A stretch of 64,000 bases of DNA from Haliotis rufescens (taxonomy: Eukaryota): positions 930,001 to 994,000 of the forward strand of contig NW_025964355.1 of assembly GCF_023055435.1 (NCBI RefSeq), read 5' to 3'. Below are positions 12,893 to 26,041 of the stretch, in pieces (the stretch's first letter is position 1; each line of letters opens with the position of its first letter). The notes beneath the pieces were generated by a model. It was given only the letters and a program-made list of their open reading frames with translations. It ran no database searches and was not told where the DNA came from. A program made the position numbers and the translations under genes.

Positions 12893-13090
12893 GTGAGTGA
12901 GTGAGTTAAAATTTATAGTCACATCGGCAATATTTCAGCTATATCGTGACTAAATCAAGTTGTATATACGTACAGTAATAAAACATCAATATATAATCTA
13001 TAAAATCTGTCGACAAAGGACAGTAAAAGAACTAGAGTATCACAGCTATAGATATAAAACTAATAAGTAACAAAACATTTGGACTATTCA
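12893..13090 (-). mobile_element. 3' end fragment of a LINE/SINE with (actc)n tail
   Basis: Matches 45620-45790; tail cacgatatagctgaaatattgccgatgtgac resembles the SINE tails. Confidence 0.6.
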
Positions 13091-13308
13091 CCGTGAAGAA
13101 TAGACGATGTTGATTTACATACCCTCTGTCTCATGCGATTGACAGTCTTTGAACAAGAAGCTGAACATATTAACAACTACTGTATGTCAAGCTGTCAGTA
13201 ACTGTCAACACATGTACAGCAGCATCGCTACTGTCGCTTTGTAAACGTGGTCAAACATTTTTTTTATACACTATGCAATAGACACCAGTCACTAGACTTC
13301 TACAATAG

Positions 13309-13652
13309 GTGAGGTGACATTGGGTTAACGTCGCGTCCAAGATTATTGCACTTATATATCGACGTGCATGCTCGTGTGTGTGTGTGGCTGCTTGTACTAG
13401 TCCGGACTGATGCCGATTTATAGTGCTAGCTCACTGAGATACCATGCCGCAGTTTAACATGAATACCTCACTCAGACACAGTATACTGACTCCGAGCCGA
13501 CCAGTCCTTGTTTTAGCCCCTTAATGCCTTGCGCCAGACAGGGTAGCAACAAGTACCATCTTTTAACGTCTTTTGGTATGACGCAGCCGGGGATCGAACC
13601 CCGGACCTTCAGCTCTCCGGGCGGACGCTCTACCTCTAGACCACGGAGGCGG
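13309..13652 (-). mobile_element. Meta/MESC-type SINE with TSD
   Basis: Reverse copy of the 9632 element; TSD cttctacaatag. Confidence 0.9.
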
Positions 13653-13913
13653 TTCTTCTACAATAGACTTCTCTTCCTCAGAAATAATGATTTAAAACAT
13701 TTACTAGGTTAAATGAAACGTTCATTTGACGTATGAACGAATAAAGATTAAACGTTACCATCGAAATTAATTTATTAAAATGTTGCTTCACACATTGTAC
13801 CCATGTGGGGATGACAAGTGAATGTTCTAGCTACCCTACCGTCCCTCGTGCATTGCTGAGGACACAAATATGTGATCAATTCAGTACCAGGAAAACAACA
13901 AATGAAATTATAC

Positions 13914-14108
13914 CTGTTCCATCTTGAATGTTTTTGTAGACAGCCTGGCGTTTCTCATCTGTGTCGAAGATGGCTAGTCTTCCACCTGGTACCTCAGCAG
14001 CACACACCAACTGAGCAGTAGCCCACTTCAGTTTGTCATCGGCATGGATCTTGTAGCAAAATTTGAGAGCTTTGTTCCAAATGAAGTCTTCAGGACAAAC
14101 GGCTGTTT
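13914..14108 (-). CDS. C-type lectin, exon 2 (CTLD N-terminal half)
   Basis: cag|(E)TAVCPEDFIWNKALKFCYKIH...WATAQLVCAAEVPGGRLAIFDT...DGT|gtataa; phase 1/1. Confidence 0.92.
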
Positions 14109-15227
14109 CTGCAATAGTGATTGAATTAGGGAATGACGACGTCCCAGGAATGTGGTAGGCCATCACAAGTCAAGCATATGATGAGGTTTTAACATAACCA
14201 CAAGGACCTTTAAATACGAAGGATCATAATCGGTCCGAATCTGGAATTTGAAACCACAACTATTTCTAACTTGGGAACTCTGCATAGTGGATAGCGGCAC
14301 CCTAGACTCAGCGTCACACTCTTATAAAGAGACCATTGTGGACTTTGCAATCTTTATTCTTCAGATCTTTCATTAATACTGAAATATGACGTAAATTGAC
14401 GGTTATAAAGACGCATGATGTGGGATGGAAATTACCCCACCTTCAGACTGATTTCCTTTCCAGTTAAACAAAACGTAAGCAAAACTGACAATAGGCTAGA
14501 TTCAGGTTAATCAATTAAATAAACTGTTCAATGTTAAGAGCATTCATGAAAAAAAGGATTAATGCTTTCTCGGAAAGGAAACAGTCCTCATGCTTCGGTA
14601 GTCATTGCAATGATCTGATTCACCTCATTGTATTTAAACGCGTAAGACAAGTACGCATATTAAGTTTATTCATACGCATGTGTTATCCGCCACAAACACA
14701 GGCAAAGGCAAGTAAAACATAAACACGGGAACATATTGAACAAGACAAAATTGGGAATTTCATCGGATATTATTTTGGTCACTGATGCATAATGTCCTTC
14801 ACATATGTACCATGAAGCTTTTCGAGCAAGAGTCGAATGATATCTTTGAAATCATACTGCCGCAATTAACTCCACGACGTTGTTACAGTGAGTGTGTGGG
14901 GCAATATATAACGTTGTATTGCTACTATTTAAGTCATAGTACCATAAGTACCATAGTAAAGCAACAAGGTACATATCACATATCAAATATAGAATAAAAT
15001 AGAGAGATAAGAACATTATATGCACGTCTAAACACAAATTCAGTCGGGTGATTAAAAATGTTAAAATGCAATTGTATTAATCGGTTTATATGACATAATA
15101 AAAGTCGAATTGAACGTCAAAGTTCAACAGATTAAACAGAATGAATATTTCCCTTTATCCAAATGAAATGTGTATGTAAGACATTTTTGCATATTCCTAT
15201 TGTATTTTAGGAAATTAAGAAACAAAC

Positions 15228-15495
15228 ACGACCCGTTCGCATGACTATCCAAGGTAGAATAGGTCTGCAGCAACCCATGCTTGTCGTAAGAGGCGACTAA
15301 CGAAATCGGGTGGTCAGGCTCGCTGACTTGGTTGATGCATGTCATCGATCTCAATTGCGTGGATCGATGCTCATGAGATCAATCACTGGATTGTCTGGTC
15401 AAGACTCGATTATTTACAGACCACTGTCATATAGCTGGAATATTGCTTTTTGCGGCGTTAAACAACAAACCAACCATCCAAATCAAACAAACACG
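15228..15495 (+). mobile_element. Nin/Deu-type SINE
   Basis: cccatgcttgtcgtaagaggcgactaa core; (caac) tail. Confidence 0.85.
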
Positions 15496-15535
15496 ATGAG
15501 TATCAGGTATCAGGTATCTGAGGTATGGTATTTAC

Positions 15536-15785
15536 CTTGACTACCCGTACAACTTCTGGAACACGTCTTCTGCATATTCTCTACTAAATCTTCCAGCTTG
15601 ACCAATCGTTCCTCAAAATTCTCGTTGTATGGTACCCCGAAATCCAACTGAGAAACATCCAACGCTAGATCATCAATATTGTCATCACTCTGAAGTACCG
15701 CGTCCTGCTCCTCATTTACTGTGAAACCCTCCTTTTGGCAAGAAACAGACGAGACGAAAAAGACAAGTAATAGTTGTGGATGCAT
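15536..15785 (-). CDS. C-type lectin, exon 1 (signal peptide, acidic spacer, short coiled coil)
   Basis: MHPQLLLVFFVSSVSC-QKEG...FEERLVKLEDLVENMQKTCSRSCTGSQ(G)|gtaaat; phase 1 matches exon 2. Confidence 0.85.
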
Positions 15786-16334
15786 ATTCACGGACTGAGT
15801 GTTCTCAAATATACCAACACCTTAACGTTGCTCGGTGTACTGGTCGGGAAGGTCGGCTCCCATGGGTATAATTCGGACGGTTCTATTTTCAGCTCGAATA
15901 TAAATAATGAGTTTGGGTATAATGATATGAATACCCTTCACTAGGTGTGACTTGTGGTTTATGCCAGTATATTGTTATTGGCCTTGTGAACAATCAAACG
16001 CCGAGCTGGTAGAGACCAGGAGCAGGAACGTACCTTCATATCTTTACATCAAATGTTTTAAACAGGCCTATTTATTATAAAAATGTTGATTGTTTCTTCC
16101 CTTGTGGGGTGTTTTGCAGTATCCGTAATCAGATATAATAGATTATAAACCCCTAGGTTTAGAACTAGTATTGTTGTGACTTTACAAAACCAGTTACACG
16201 TCAGTGATTTCACTATGACTTTCAATGGTCATTCAACCATATACTGCAGGTATATGTTATTATGTTTTCATTCTACAGTATTTTCAAGACGTATCAGAGG
16301 ATTAATCCTTACTGTTCATTCATTCTCTTGTGAG

Positions 16335-19310
16335 TGATACATTCACTTCAGATGTACCAGCAGATGTACTAGCATACTGATACATTCACTACAGTTGTAC
16401 CTCTATACTGATACGTTCTCTACAGATGTACCAGCATATTGATACATTCACTACAGATGTACCTCTATACTGATACATTCACTACAGATGTACCTCTATA
16501 CTGATACATTCTCTACAGATGTACCAGCAGATGCACCAGCATACTGATACATTCTCTACAGATGTACCAGCATACTGATACATTCTCTACAGATGTACCA
16601 GCATATTGATACATTCACTACAGGTGTACCTCTATACTTATACAATCTCTACAGATGTACCAGCATATTGATACATTCACTACAGGTGTACCTCTATACT
16701 GATACATTCTCTACAGATGTACCAGCATATTGATACATTCACTACAGGTGTACCTCTATACTTATACATTCCTCACAGGTGTCCCTCTATACTTATACAT
16801 TCTCTACAGATGTACCAGCATATTGATACATTCCTCACAGGTGTACCTCTATACTTATACAATCACTACAGATGTACTAGCATATTGATACATTCACTAC
16901 AGATGTACCTCTATACTGATACATTCACTACAGATGTACCTCTATACTTATACATTCACTACAGATGTACCTCTATACTGATACATTCACTACAGATGTA
17001 CCTCTATACTTATACATTCACTACAGATGTACCTCTATACTGATAAATTCACTACAGATTTACCTCTATACTGATACATTCACTACAGATGTACTTCTAT
17101 ACTGATACATTCACTTCAGATGTACCACTATACTGATACATTCACTACAGATTTACCTCTATACTCATACATTCACTACAGATGTACCTCTATACTGATA
17201 CATTCACTGCAGATGTACTTCTATACTGATACATTCACTACATATGTACCTCTATACTGAGACATTAACTACAGTTGTACCTCTATACTGATACATTCTC
17301 TACAGATGTACCAGCAGATGCACCAGCATACTGATACATTCTCTACAGATGTACCAGCATACTGATACATTCTCTACAGATGTACCAGCATATTGATACA
17401 TTCACTACAGGTGTACCTCTATACTTATACAATCTCTACAGATGTACCAGCATATTGATACATTCACTACAGGTGTACCTCTATACTGATACATTCTCTA
17501 CAGATGTACCAGCATATTGATACATTCACTACAGGTGTACCTCTATACTTATACATTCCTCACAGGTGTCCCTCTATACTTATACATTCTCTACAGATGT
17601 ACCAGCATATTGATACATTCCTCACAGGTGTACCTCTATACGTATACAATCTCTACAGATGTACTAGCATATTGATACATTCACTACAGATGTACCTCTA
17701 TACTGATACATTCACTACAGATGTACCTCTATACTTATACATTCACTACAGATGTACCTCTATACTGATACATTCACTACAGATGTACCTCTATACTTAT
17801 ACATTCACTACAGATGTACCTCTATACTGATACATTCACTACAGATGTACCTCTATACTTATACATTCACTACAGATGTACCTCTATACTGATACATTCA
17901 CTACAGATGTACCTCTATACTGATACATTCACTACAGATGTACTTCTATACTGATACATTCACTACAGATGTACCTCTATACTGATACATTCACTACAGA
18001 TTTACCTCTATACTCAAACTTTCACTACAGATGTACCTCTATACTGATACATTCACTGCAGATGTACTTCTATACTGATACATTCACTACATATGTACCT
18101 CTATACTGAGACATTAACTACAGTTGTACCTCTATACTGATACAGTCACTACGGTTGTACCTCTATACTGATACAGTCACTACAGATGTACCTCTATACT
18201 CATACATTCACTACAGTTGTACCTCTATACTGATACATTCCTCACAGTTGTACCTCTTTACTGTTACATTCACTACAGATGTACCTCTATACTGATATAT
18301 TCCCTACATATGTACCAGCAGATGTACCAACATACTGATACATTCACCACAGTTGTACTTCTATACTGATACATTCCTCAAAGGTGTACCTCTATGCTGA
18401 TACATTCCTCACAGATGTACCTCTATGCTGATACATTCACTACAGATGTTCCCCTATGCTGATACATTCACTACAGATGTACCGCTATACTGATACATTC
18501 CTCACGGGTGTACCTCTATACTGATACATTTATTACAAATGTACCACCATACTGATACATTCGTTACAGATGTACCTGTATACTGATACATTCACTACAT
18601 ATGTACCACCATACTGATACATTCACTACAGATGTACCTCTATACTGATACATTCACTACATATGTACCTCTATACTGACACATTGACTACAGATGTACC
18701 TCTAAACTAATACATTCCTCATAGATGTACCTCTATACTGATACATTCATTTCAAATGTACCACCATACTGATACATTCACTACATATGTACCTCTATAC
18801 TGATACATTCCTCATAGGTGTACCTCTATACTGATACATTCATTACAAATGTACCACCATACTGATACATTCACTACAGATGTACCTCTATACTGATACA
18901 TTCACTACAGATGTACCTCTATACTGATACATTCACTACAGTTGTACCTCTATACTGATACATTCACTACAGATTTACCTCTATACTGATACATTTACTA
19001 CGGATGTACCTCTATACTGATACATTAACTACAGATGTACCTCTATACTGATACATTCACTACAGATGTACTTCTATACTGATACATTCACTACAGTTGT
19101 ACCAGCATACTGATACATACATAACATGTGCATCTCTATACTGATGCATTCCTCACATGTGTACCTCTATATTGATACATTCATCACAGGTGTACCTCTA
19201 TATTGATACATTCCTCACAGGTGTACCTCTATACTGATACATTCATCACAGGTGTACCACCATACTCATACAATCGTCACATGCATACATCCTTTCTGAT
19301 ACATTCACAG
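16335..19310. repeat. 31-bp tandem satellite (~3 kb) with internal 787-bp duplication
   Basis: Unit tacattcactacagatgtacctctatactga; variant pattern at 16717 recurs at 17504. Confidence 0.95.
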
Positions 19311-19314
19311 CAGG

Positions 19315-19470
19315 TGTGCATTCTAGCTTATGTCGGAGGAAAGTCTGAAGTGATGCAGGTCTCAGATGTTTACTTCTTTGCTGGAATTCACGAGCATGGG
19401 TATGGTGCTGACCAATCTGGGAACATAATCGAGGCGAATCGGGATTCGAATCACGATCATAGGTTTCTGG
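19315..19470 (-). mobile_element. V-like SINE fragment
   Basis: ggaggaaagtctgaagtgatgcagg...gggattcgaa. Confidence 0.75.
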
Positions 19471-20447
19471 CGATCCATAAGAACACGGAGTGGAAGCGTT
19501 TAATAAGAGTATTTCATGGTCTCGTAATTTAATTGTTGTCCCTCGGGTCTTTGATCGAAATATGTCATGTTTATGCAAGTAAGAAAACCAATAGTTAAGC
19601 TTTTCTATTGGTAAAGTTTAAAAACAGTAAGTTGGTGGGTTATGTATTCTAGTCGCATACTAGCAGACGCACTCGACTTAACATTCCTCACAGGCTATAC
19701 ACCCAGACCGGTGTTGCTCGCAGTAACCTGCCACTCGATTGTTCATGTTTAAGAATTGACTGAGTGAGGACCAAACAGTACGAACGTCGGAGCTTGCGTG
19801 GTTGATGCATATTGACTTCAGTGATGCCATCATGTTACTAATTGACTTACGTACATTCGATAAGAGAGCTATCAGAATGCCAGATTCTAAAGTTGCATGA
19901 TAGAAAACACAATGACAGAATGTCATTGTGGTTCGTTAGTCTACTCACAATTAAACACAGAAGTATCAATTTGTTACCTGTGTACATATCAGAACAAAAG
20001 GTAACCTTAAAGTGATTGAGTTATCTTTTAACCGGAAAATCGACGTCTCGGCTTGTGCTAACAGAAATTATTTCTTCGACAAAAGATGTTTTAAAGTAAT
20101 GTGTGTTAATGCTGTCTTCTGCCCACTTAAAGTAGCTGGTGAATGTTAATGATGTATGGCCAATCTATGAACACTGAAGACAAATATTGCCTTCCGTTGT
20201 GCAACGTCAATCAGTCAGCTTTAGCGATAGATGGATTTAGGTTTTTTAATAATGCATTATTGTCAACATACAACTACGGATAACCCAGCCATTCGGTACA
20301 TACATTCATCATTACAAACCGGTTTCAATGCAGTTTAAAAATGTCAAATCCTTGTCACAGACTTTCATTATGCGTCGCCATTACGTCCATGCCTTGGGTT
20401 GATGAAGACATTGCTGACTTACCTCTCGAACAAAGACATCCACCGAC

Positions 20448-20514
20448 ATGGGCAGGGGGCTACTTCTCTTCACATTCCTTGTCATAATTTCTATCAACAG
20501 CAGTCTGGCAGCGG
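20448..20514 (+). CDS. Signal-peptide exon, probable exon 1 of the VWA-mucin-TM gene
   Basis: gacATGG Kozak context; MGRGLLLFTFLVIISINSSLAA G|gtagga; phase 1 matches the VWA exon acceptor at 34577. Confidence 0.6.
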
Positions 20515-20579
20515 GTAGGATATTATCTATTAATTTCATCTCAATCATATTCACTATGTTATTATCATATCACTTTGTA

Positions 20580-20732
20580 GGCGCGGTCGGGTAGCCTAGT
20601 GGTTAAGGCGTTCGCTCGTCACGCTGAATACCCGGGTTCGATTCCCGACATGGGTACAATGTATGGAGCTCATTTCTGGTGTCCCCCGCCGTGATATTTC
20701 TGTAAGCGGCGTAAAACTATACTCACTCACAC
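20580..20732 (+). mobile_element. Short tRNA SINE (family A)
   Basis: gggtagcctagtggttaaggcgttcgctcgtcacgc...ggttcgattcc; (actc) tail. Confidence 0.88.
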
Positions 20733-20977
20733 ACCATTTCAGTGTGAGTAATATTAAGACAATTATGTAGTAATCTAATTTGTAGGTTCAATGTACTAGG
20801 TACATGTCAATCCTCATATTATGTCCACGATCAAACTCCAACATCTCTTTCGGTAAATGCAGATGGGTCTATATTCAAATTATTGCTCAATATAGATAAT
20901 GTGTCAATGTGCAGTTGCTTGTAACATTTTTTGTCATGTTTTCCATAATATGTTCGATCTCGTTAATCGTATAGGTA

Positions 20978-21267
20978 GAGTGAGTGCGTGAGTGAGTGAG
21001 TTGGGTTTAACGCCGCTTTTAACAGTATTCCAGTTATATCACGGCGTGCCAGCTTAATGTGGGAGGAAAGCCCGAAGTGATGCAGGTCTAAGACGTTTAC
21101 CACTTCGGTGAAACCCACGAGCACGGGTATGGTGCTGACAAACCTAGAAACATAATCGGGGCGAACCGGGATTCGAACCCACAATCATAGGTTTCTGGCG
21201 TGCCCAAGGGACGCAACTCTGCACAGCGAATCGCGGCGCCTGAGACGACTGGGCCACTCGTGCCCCC
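20978..21267 (-). mobile_element. V-like SINE, full length
   Basis: Near-identical to the 11781, 52805 and 57596 copies. Confidence 0.9.
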
Positions 21268-21689
21268 TCGTATAAGCAGTGGCATATTCTGTTCCAGGAT
21301 TTTTCAGTTTTGAGTGTGGTTTGTGTGCCCCGACATGCTTGAGTCTGTTTTTGAAAGCATGGTCCACAATTACATTCCAGCATAATTATCTTCGTAAAAT
21401 ATTTAATATCGAGCGCGGTATCATATGGATATGTTTTGATTTCAACAACGACTATGCTTACGTTATGACATAGACGCTACATCGACTAAATGCTAAAGAA
21501 CAAGTATTGTCCCGAGTATAGTATGTTACGTTTTTTAACGCTAACGTGACGCCACTAACAGAAAAAGAAATATTCTTCTTACGCACGTCTTTCGGACCTC
21601 ATTTTTGGCACTTTTTGTCATATTATGTGTTGCCCCCGCTCCGCAAAACAGAGTCATATGGTTGCCGTAAATCCTTTAGTTGATTTGCT

Positions 21690-21910
21690 GGATGTTGTTT
21701 TCGCCGCCCTCAGCAGTATTTTAGCAATTTGAATGCGGTAGGTAATCGAATTAGGGCCTGCAAATCCAGTGAGTAACATCATGAGCATCTATATACATAA
21801 TTTGTATGCGATAATTTGCATCAACCAAGTCAGCTGACATGACCACCGACCCCATCAATCGCCTCTAACGACGAGCATGGGTTGCTGAAGATTAATTCTA
21901 ACCCGGATCT
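21690..21910 (-). mobile_element. Nin/Deu-type SINE, degenerate
   Basis: catcaaccaagtcagc...cgcctctaacgacgagcatgggttgctgaag. Confidence 0.7.
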
Positions 21911-22029
21911 TTGGTTTAAACTTGCAGTAGTCATAGTGAACGGTAAATGTATACTACTGCTGTTCCAATACAACTGTTTCCCACCCATTCGCACTGGACA
22001 GTTGCGTGAGTGATTGAATGAGCTTGGAA

Positions 22030-22270
22030 AGATATTCCAGTTACATCACGGCGTGTCAGCTTGATGTGGAAGGAAAGCCCGAAGTGATGCAGGTCTCAGT
22101 AGTTCACCACCTTGGTGAAACCCACGAGCACGGGTATGGTGCTCAAACCTAGAACCATAATCGGGGCGAACCTTGATTCGAACCCACAATCGAAGGATTC
22201 GGGCGTGCCCAAGGGACGCAACTCTAAACAGCAATTTGCGATGTCTTAGACGATTGTGTCACCCGTGGCC
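22030..22270 (-). mobile_element. V-like SINE
   Basis: Family match. Confidence 0.85.
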
Positions 22271-23283
22271 TCCAATCTCAGGACAATGTAACTGTTTATT
22301 ACATGAGGGGGTGACTTGAATGACTGTGTGCCATCGTATCCCCGATGGTGTGGGATGTCGTTCATGATATCAATCACCGGTTTGCCACTTCCACTTCCAG
22401 TTAAATCCAGGCCGGAGTATGGCGTTAATCAAACAAAAAAATAAGTGAGCGAGTGAGATGTTTGTCAATCTTAACCAGGTATGAGGATTAAACACTTGTG
22501 CTTCTTGCCAATGATACATTGTTTCACTGATCATCACTGAGATTCACGGTAATGTCCGATCCGTCCTATGGCATTTTCCTGGTAATTCTGGGAATTTCAA
22601 CACAATCATATACGATGTTTCAAAACAATTGTAATAAGAGACGATGTTTGTCATAAACAGAAACGTATAGCGTCGATTCGCTGACCTTGTATGAAAGAAC
22701 AACGGCGTGACGTATTTTCGTTTTTGGTTTCCCGATTCCATTTGCACGCAATGTGTGGAAACGGAAGTCGTTTGGGTGTGGCGTGAACCCAAATTCCATT
22801 TCCTCCTTAGTGTATCAAAGTACACAGAATAATTTACAAAGAAAATTAGTGAAAAGACATTAGAAATATACAACTGGAACAAAGTTCGACCGTCAATGTA
22901 ATAAGTAAAAACGCAACCTCAAGCACGTGCACGTTGCAACAAGCCTCTCGTGGAAACGTCGACGCTAAATCCAAGTACAATTTCAAATAATTCTGTGCTG
23001 TAGTTGTTCAACATGGTCAGAAGATTATCTGATGACGAATGATAGCCATTATTAATGCGGGCATGTCCTACAAAGCTATTGGTTTTCAGCTCGGTTATGA
23101 TAATTCAGCAGATTGGCACAGACGCATTGAACAATTTATGAGGTATTTGGCCAACCAAATTCCTGACGGCCACGTGTGACGTCAGCACTCGAAGATGACG
23201 ACGTGCCCCGCATGCTCAGGAGACAACCCTTTGACTCAAGCGTCTGTCACGGCTATGATAAATCGACTCAAATCAGCGGGTTT

Positions 23284-24640
23284 GAAGTAGAAAAACAGAT
23301 AGAAGTAGAAGAACAGATACAGGTAGAAGAAGGAGAAGGGGTAAAAGTAGAAGAGGTAGAGGAGGAAGAAGAAGTAGAGGTAGAAGAAGAGATAGAGGTA
23401 GAAGAAGATGTAAAAGTAAAGAAGATGTAAAAGTAAAGAAGAGGTAACGTAGGAAAGGTAGAGGAAAAATAGGTTGAAGTAGAAGATGATGTAGAGGCAG
23501 AAGATGGTATAGAAGTAGAAGAGGAGGTAGATGAAAGTGAAGAGATTAAGGTAAAAAAGAGGAAAACGTAAAATAGGTAGAAGAAAAAGATGAAAAAGAG
23601 GAAGAAAAAGAAGAGGTAGAGTTAGAAGAAGAGATAGACGAAGAAGAGGTAGAAGTAAAAAAAGAGGACTACGCAGAAATAAACGTAGAAGAAGTGGAAA
23701 AATAAGTACGGGAAGACGAAGAGGTAGAGGAAGAACAAGAGAAGGAAGGAGTAGACATGGTAAACGTCGAGGAAGACGTTCAAGTAGAAGATGAAGTGGA
23801 GGAAGAAGAAAGGGTAGAGGAAGAAAAACAGGAAGAAGGAGAGGTAGGAAGGAAGAGGAGGAGGAAGAAGAGATGAAGGAAAAAGAAGAGGTATACGCAG
23901 AGGAAGAGGTAGAAGAAGAGGAGGAAGAATAAGAGGCAGAGGAAAAATAAGAGGTGGAAGAAGGACTGTTAGAAGAAGAGGTAATGGTAGAAGAAGAGGA
24001 GGAGGAATAAGAGGTAGCTGAAGAATAAGAGGCAGAGGAAAAAGAAGCGGTAATCGTTGAAGAAGAAATAGGGGTAGGAGATGTAAAGGTAGAAGAAGAG
24101 GGAGAGGAAAAGAAGAGGTAGAGAAAGAAGAAAAGGTGGGGAAGGAAGAAGAGGTAGAGAAAGAAGATGACGTAGAGGAAGAATAAGAGGTGGAGGAAGC
24201 AGAAATGGTTAACGCAGAAGAAGAGATAATGGCAGAGATAGAGGCAGAGGTAGAAGAAGAAGAGGTAGAAGAAGAGGATGAATAAGAAGAGGTGGAGAAA
24301 GCAGAAGAGGTAGAGAAAGAAGAAGAGGTAGAGGAAGTATAAGAGGTGGAGGAAGAAGAAGAGGAAAGGGAAGAGGAAGAGGTAAAGGTAGAAGAAGAGG
24401 TAGAGGAAGAAGAAGTAAAGGTCGGAGAAGAGGTAGAGAAAGAAGGACTCTGCAAATGGGTTTCACACATTGAACCCATATAGGGAATTGAACCGATGCC
24501 TTCAGCGTGATGAGTGAACGCTTTAACCACAAGGTCACCTCTCTACCCAGGTAGAATTATAGGTTGAAGAAGAGGTAACAGTGGAAAGTAAGGATAAGAT
24601 ATATGAATGAAAGTAGAAGTAGAAATGTAGGTAGAAGCAG
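23284..24640. repeat. GA-rich low-complexity (GAA/GAG/GTA) tract
   Basis: Degenerate purine triplet repeat with stops in the E/V frame; contains a family-A SINE at ~24450-24550. Confidence 0.9.
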
Positions 24641-25257
24641 GTGTCACCACTTCCAAGAAAGGTCGATAATCTCTGTGCATATTTTGCATGTCAATCATAT
24701 TGATTATGCTTATCTTACAGTTGTGATTTACTTGATTTCAACTATTGTTTGTGTGTGAAGAAGCGATGCGACGTCTGCAATGTAAACTGGCAAAAGTCAG
24801 CGAGTAGTGGCCAATGTTTCTATATCCTCTACGTTCATCAATGTTTCACAGTCTCTGATTATCACAATATGGAACAGGTACCACCAAACCTAAAATGTTG
24901 ACGATCGACCGCGTTCAGGCCACCCCGACTCAACGATAAGAGTACAGGATAGATCGATTCGAAAACGGACTCAAACGGCGAATCAATTGCTGCAAATTTT
25001 TAACTGGCTACTGGTGTGCGTATTACGGGTCAGACGAATAGAACACATCTACATGCAGCTCATATGCGTCTATATGCTCGACAGCCACGTGATTTGCCGC
25101 CCCTTCCATGAGACCAACAGTCGTCAATGTTTTACACAACGTCGAAATTTGCAATTGGGTAATTGTGGCTGGTGAACTGTCATGTTTACAGATAAGTTCC
25201 GATTCCTTTTGTACTTCCTTGATAGGCGTGGTCGTGCTTAGCGACGTTGAAATGAAC

Positions 25258-25370
25258 ATCTTTCAGTGGCATTTAGAAGTTGGTGTGATGAAGAAAGACA
25301 AGTTCTATGGATGAACAACTTCTTTATTGCTTGATAAAGGTGTTAGGATCTACACCGAAACGTCGCACTA
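25258..25370 (+). mobile_element. Penelope-type pseudo-LTR mini-insertion with 12-bp TSD
   Basis: gttgaaatgaac at 25246-25257 and 25371-25382; removing the insert restores the Tc1 frame; inverted aataaa-bearing segment abuts a hammerhead motif. Confidence 0.75.
25328..25367 (+). ncRNA. Minimal type-I hammerhead ribozyme-like motif (U3-A8 variant)
   Basis: TGC-UUGAUAA-A-GGUGU(loop)ACACC-GAA-AC-GU-C-GCA: stem I TGC/GCA, stem II GGTGT/ACACC, palindromic ACGU helix III, GUC cleavage triplet. Confidence 0.6.
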
Positions 25371-26041
25371 GTTGAAATGAACGTCAAGCCAATGTCAACC
25401 TAAGATATCATGACAGATTTGGCGGAGGGTCGGTTATGGTGTGGGTGACATCACTATGACTGACCCAACCCATATCCATGTTGTGCAAAGAAGGAACACT
25501 GGACTTTATAATAGGGACAACACAGTGACACCCAATGCCCGTGCTCGTGTACGAACATATCTGGGACACGATAGGGAGACGTCTGCGTCAACATCATAGG
25601 CCGCCGACCATATTGTCTGAACATGGAGAGGCTCTGCTCGAGGAGTGGGACTCCCTCAAATCGCCATTGTAAGACTCATACGCAGTATGTCCCGTCGAGT
25701 GAATGACTGTTTGACAAATCGGGGCGGTATTACGCACTACTGATCCAAAAACATCCATTCCATTCTTTCCTCTATCGTTCTTTAAGGCGTTGGTGGTTAT
25801 AACACTTACTGTCAAACTTCACTACCGGTTGTAATGTGTTCCTAATTCGTTTATTATTTTAATTGTTTCCGACTACCCCCTAATATTTTTAAGAGTATTT
25901 AATGTCACCAGCCCAATATCATGACAAAGATAAACAGTCTATAAGCAACATGTTGTTGATCCATGGGAAAAAATTGACAACAAAGGCACTCAACTTACAG
26001 TTTAATGGTCGTATTACATTTTCCAACACTCGTTGGAGAAA

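Larger units (their letters stand above)
22800..25900 (+). mobile_element. Fragmented Tc1 transposon with nested insertions
   Basis: HTH region (MVRRLSDD...RVTSALEDD) at ~23013-23260; TVMFTDKFRF..RR*NER..HDRFGGGSVMVWG at 25170-25445; HIWD.IGRRL and GGITHY* to 25743; TIR-like ...tttttaagagtat at ~25880-25899. Left boundary approximate. Confidence 0.8.

Noticed and set aside
16335-19310. CRISPR-like array or repeat-protein ORFs (16717, 17504)
   Set aside because: Contiguous 31-bp monomers with no unique spacers; the period is not a multiple of 3; eukaryotic context
20580-20655. tRNA-Asp-like genes (also other A/B-box heads in the window)
   Set aside because: SINE heads followed by family body and tail; cloverleaf stems imperfect
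23176-24538. Glu/Val-rich and Ser/Leu/Pro-rich ORFs
   Set aside because: Low-complexity GA tract inside a Tc1 fossil, with stops and frameshifts; the long - strand ORF starts in a SINE
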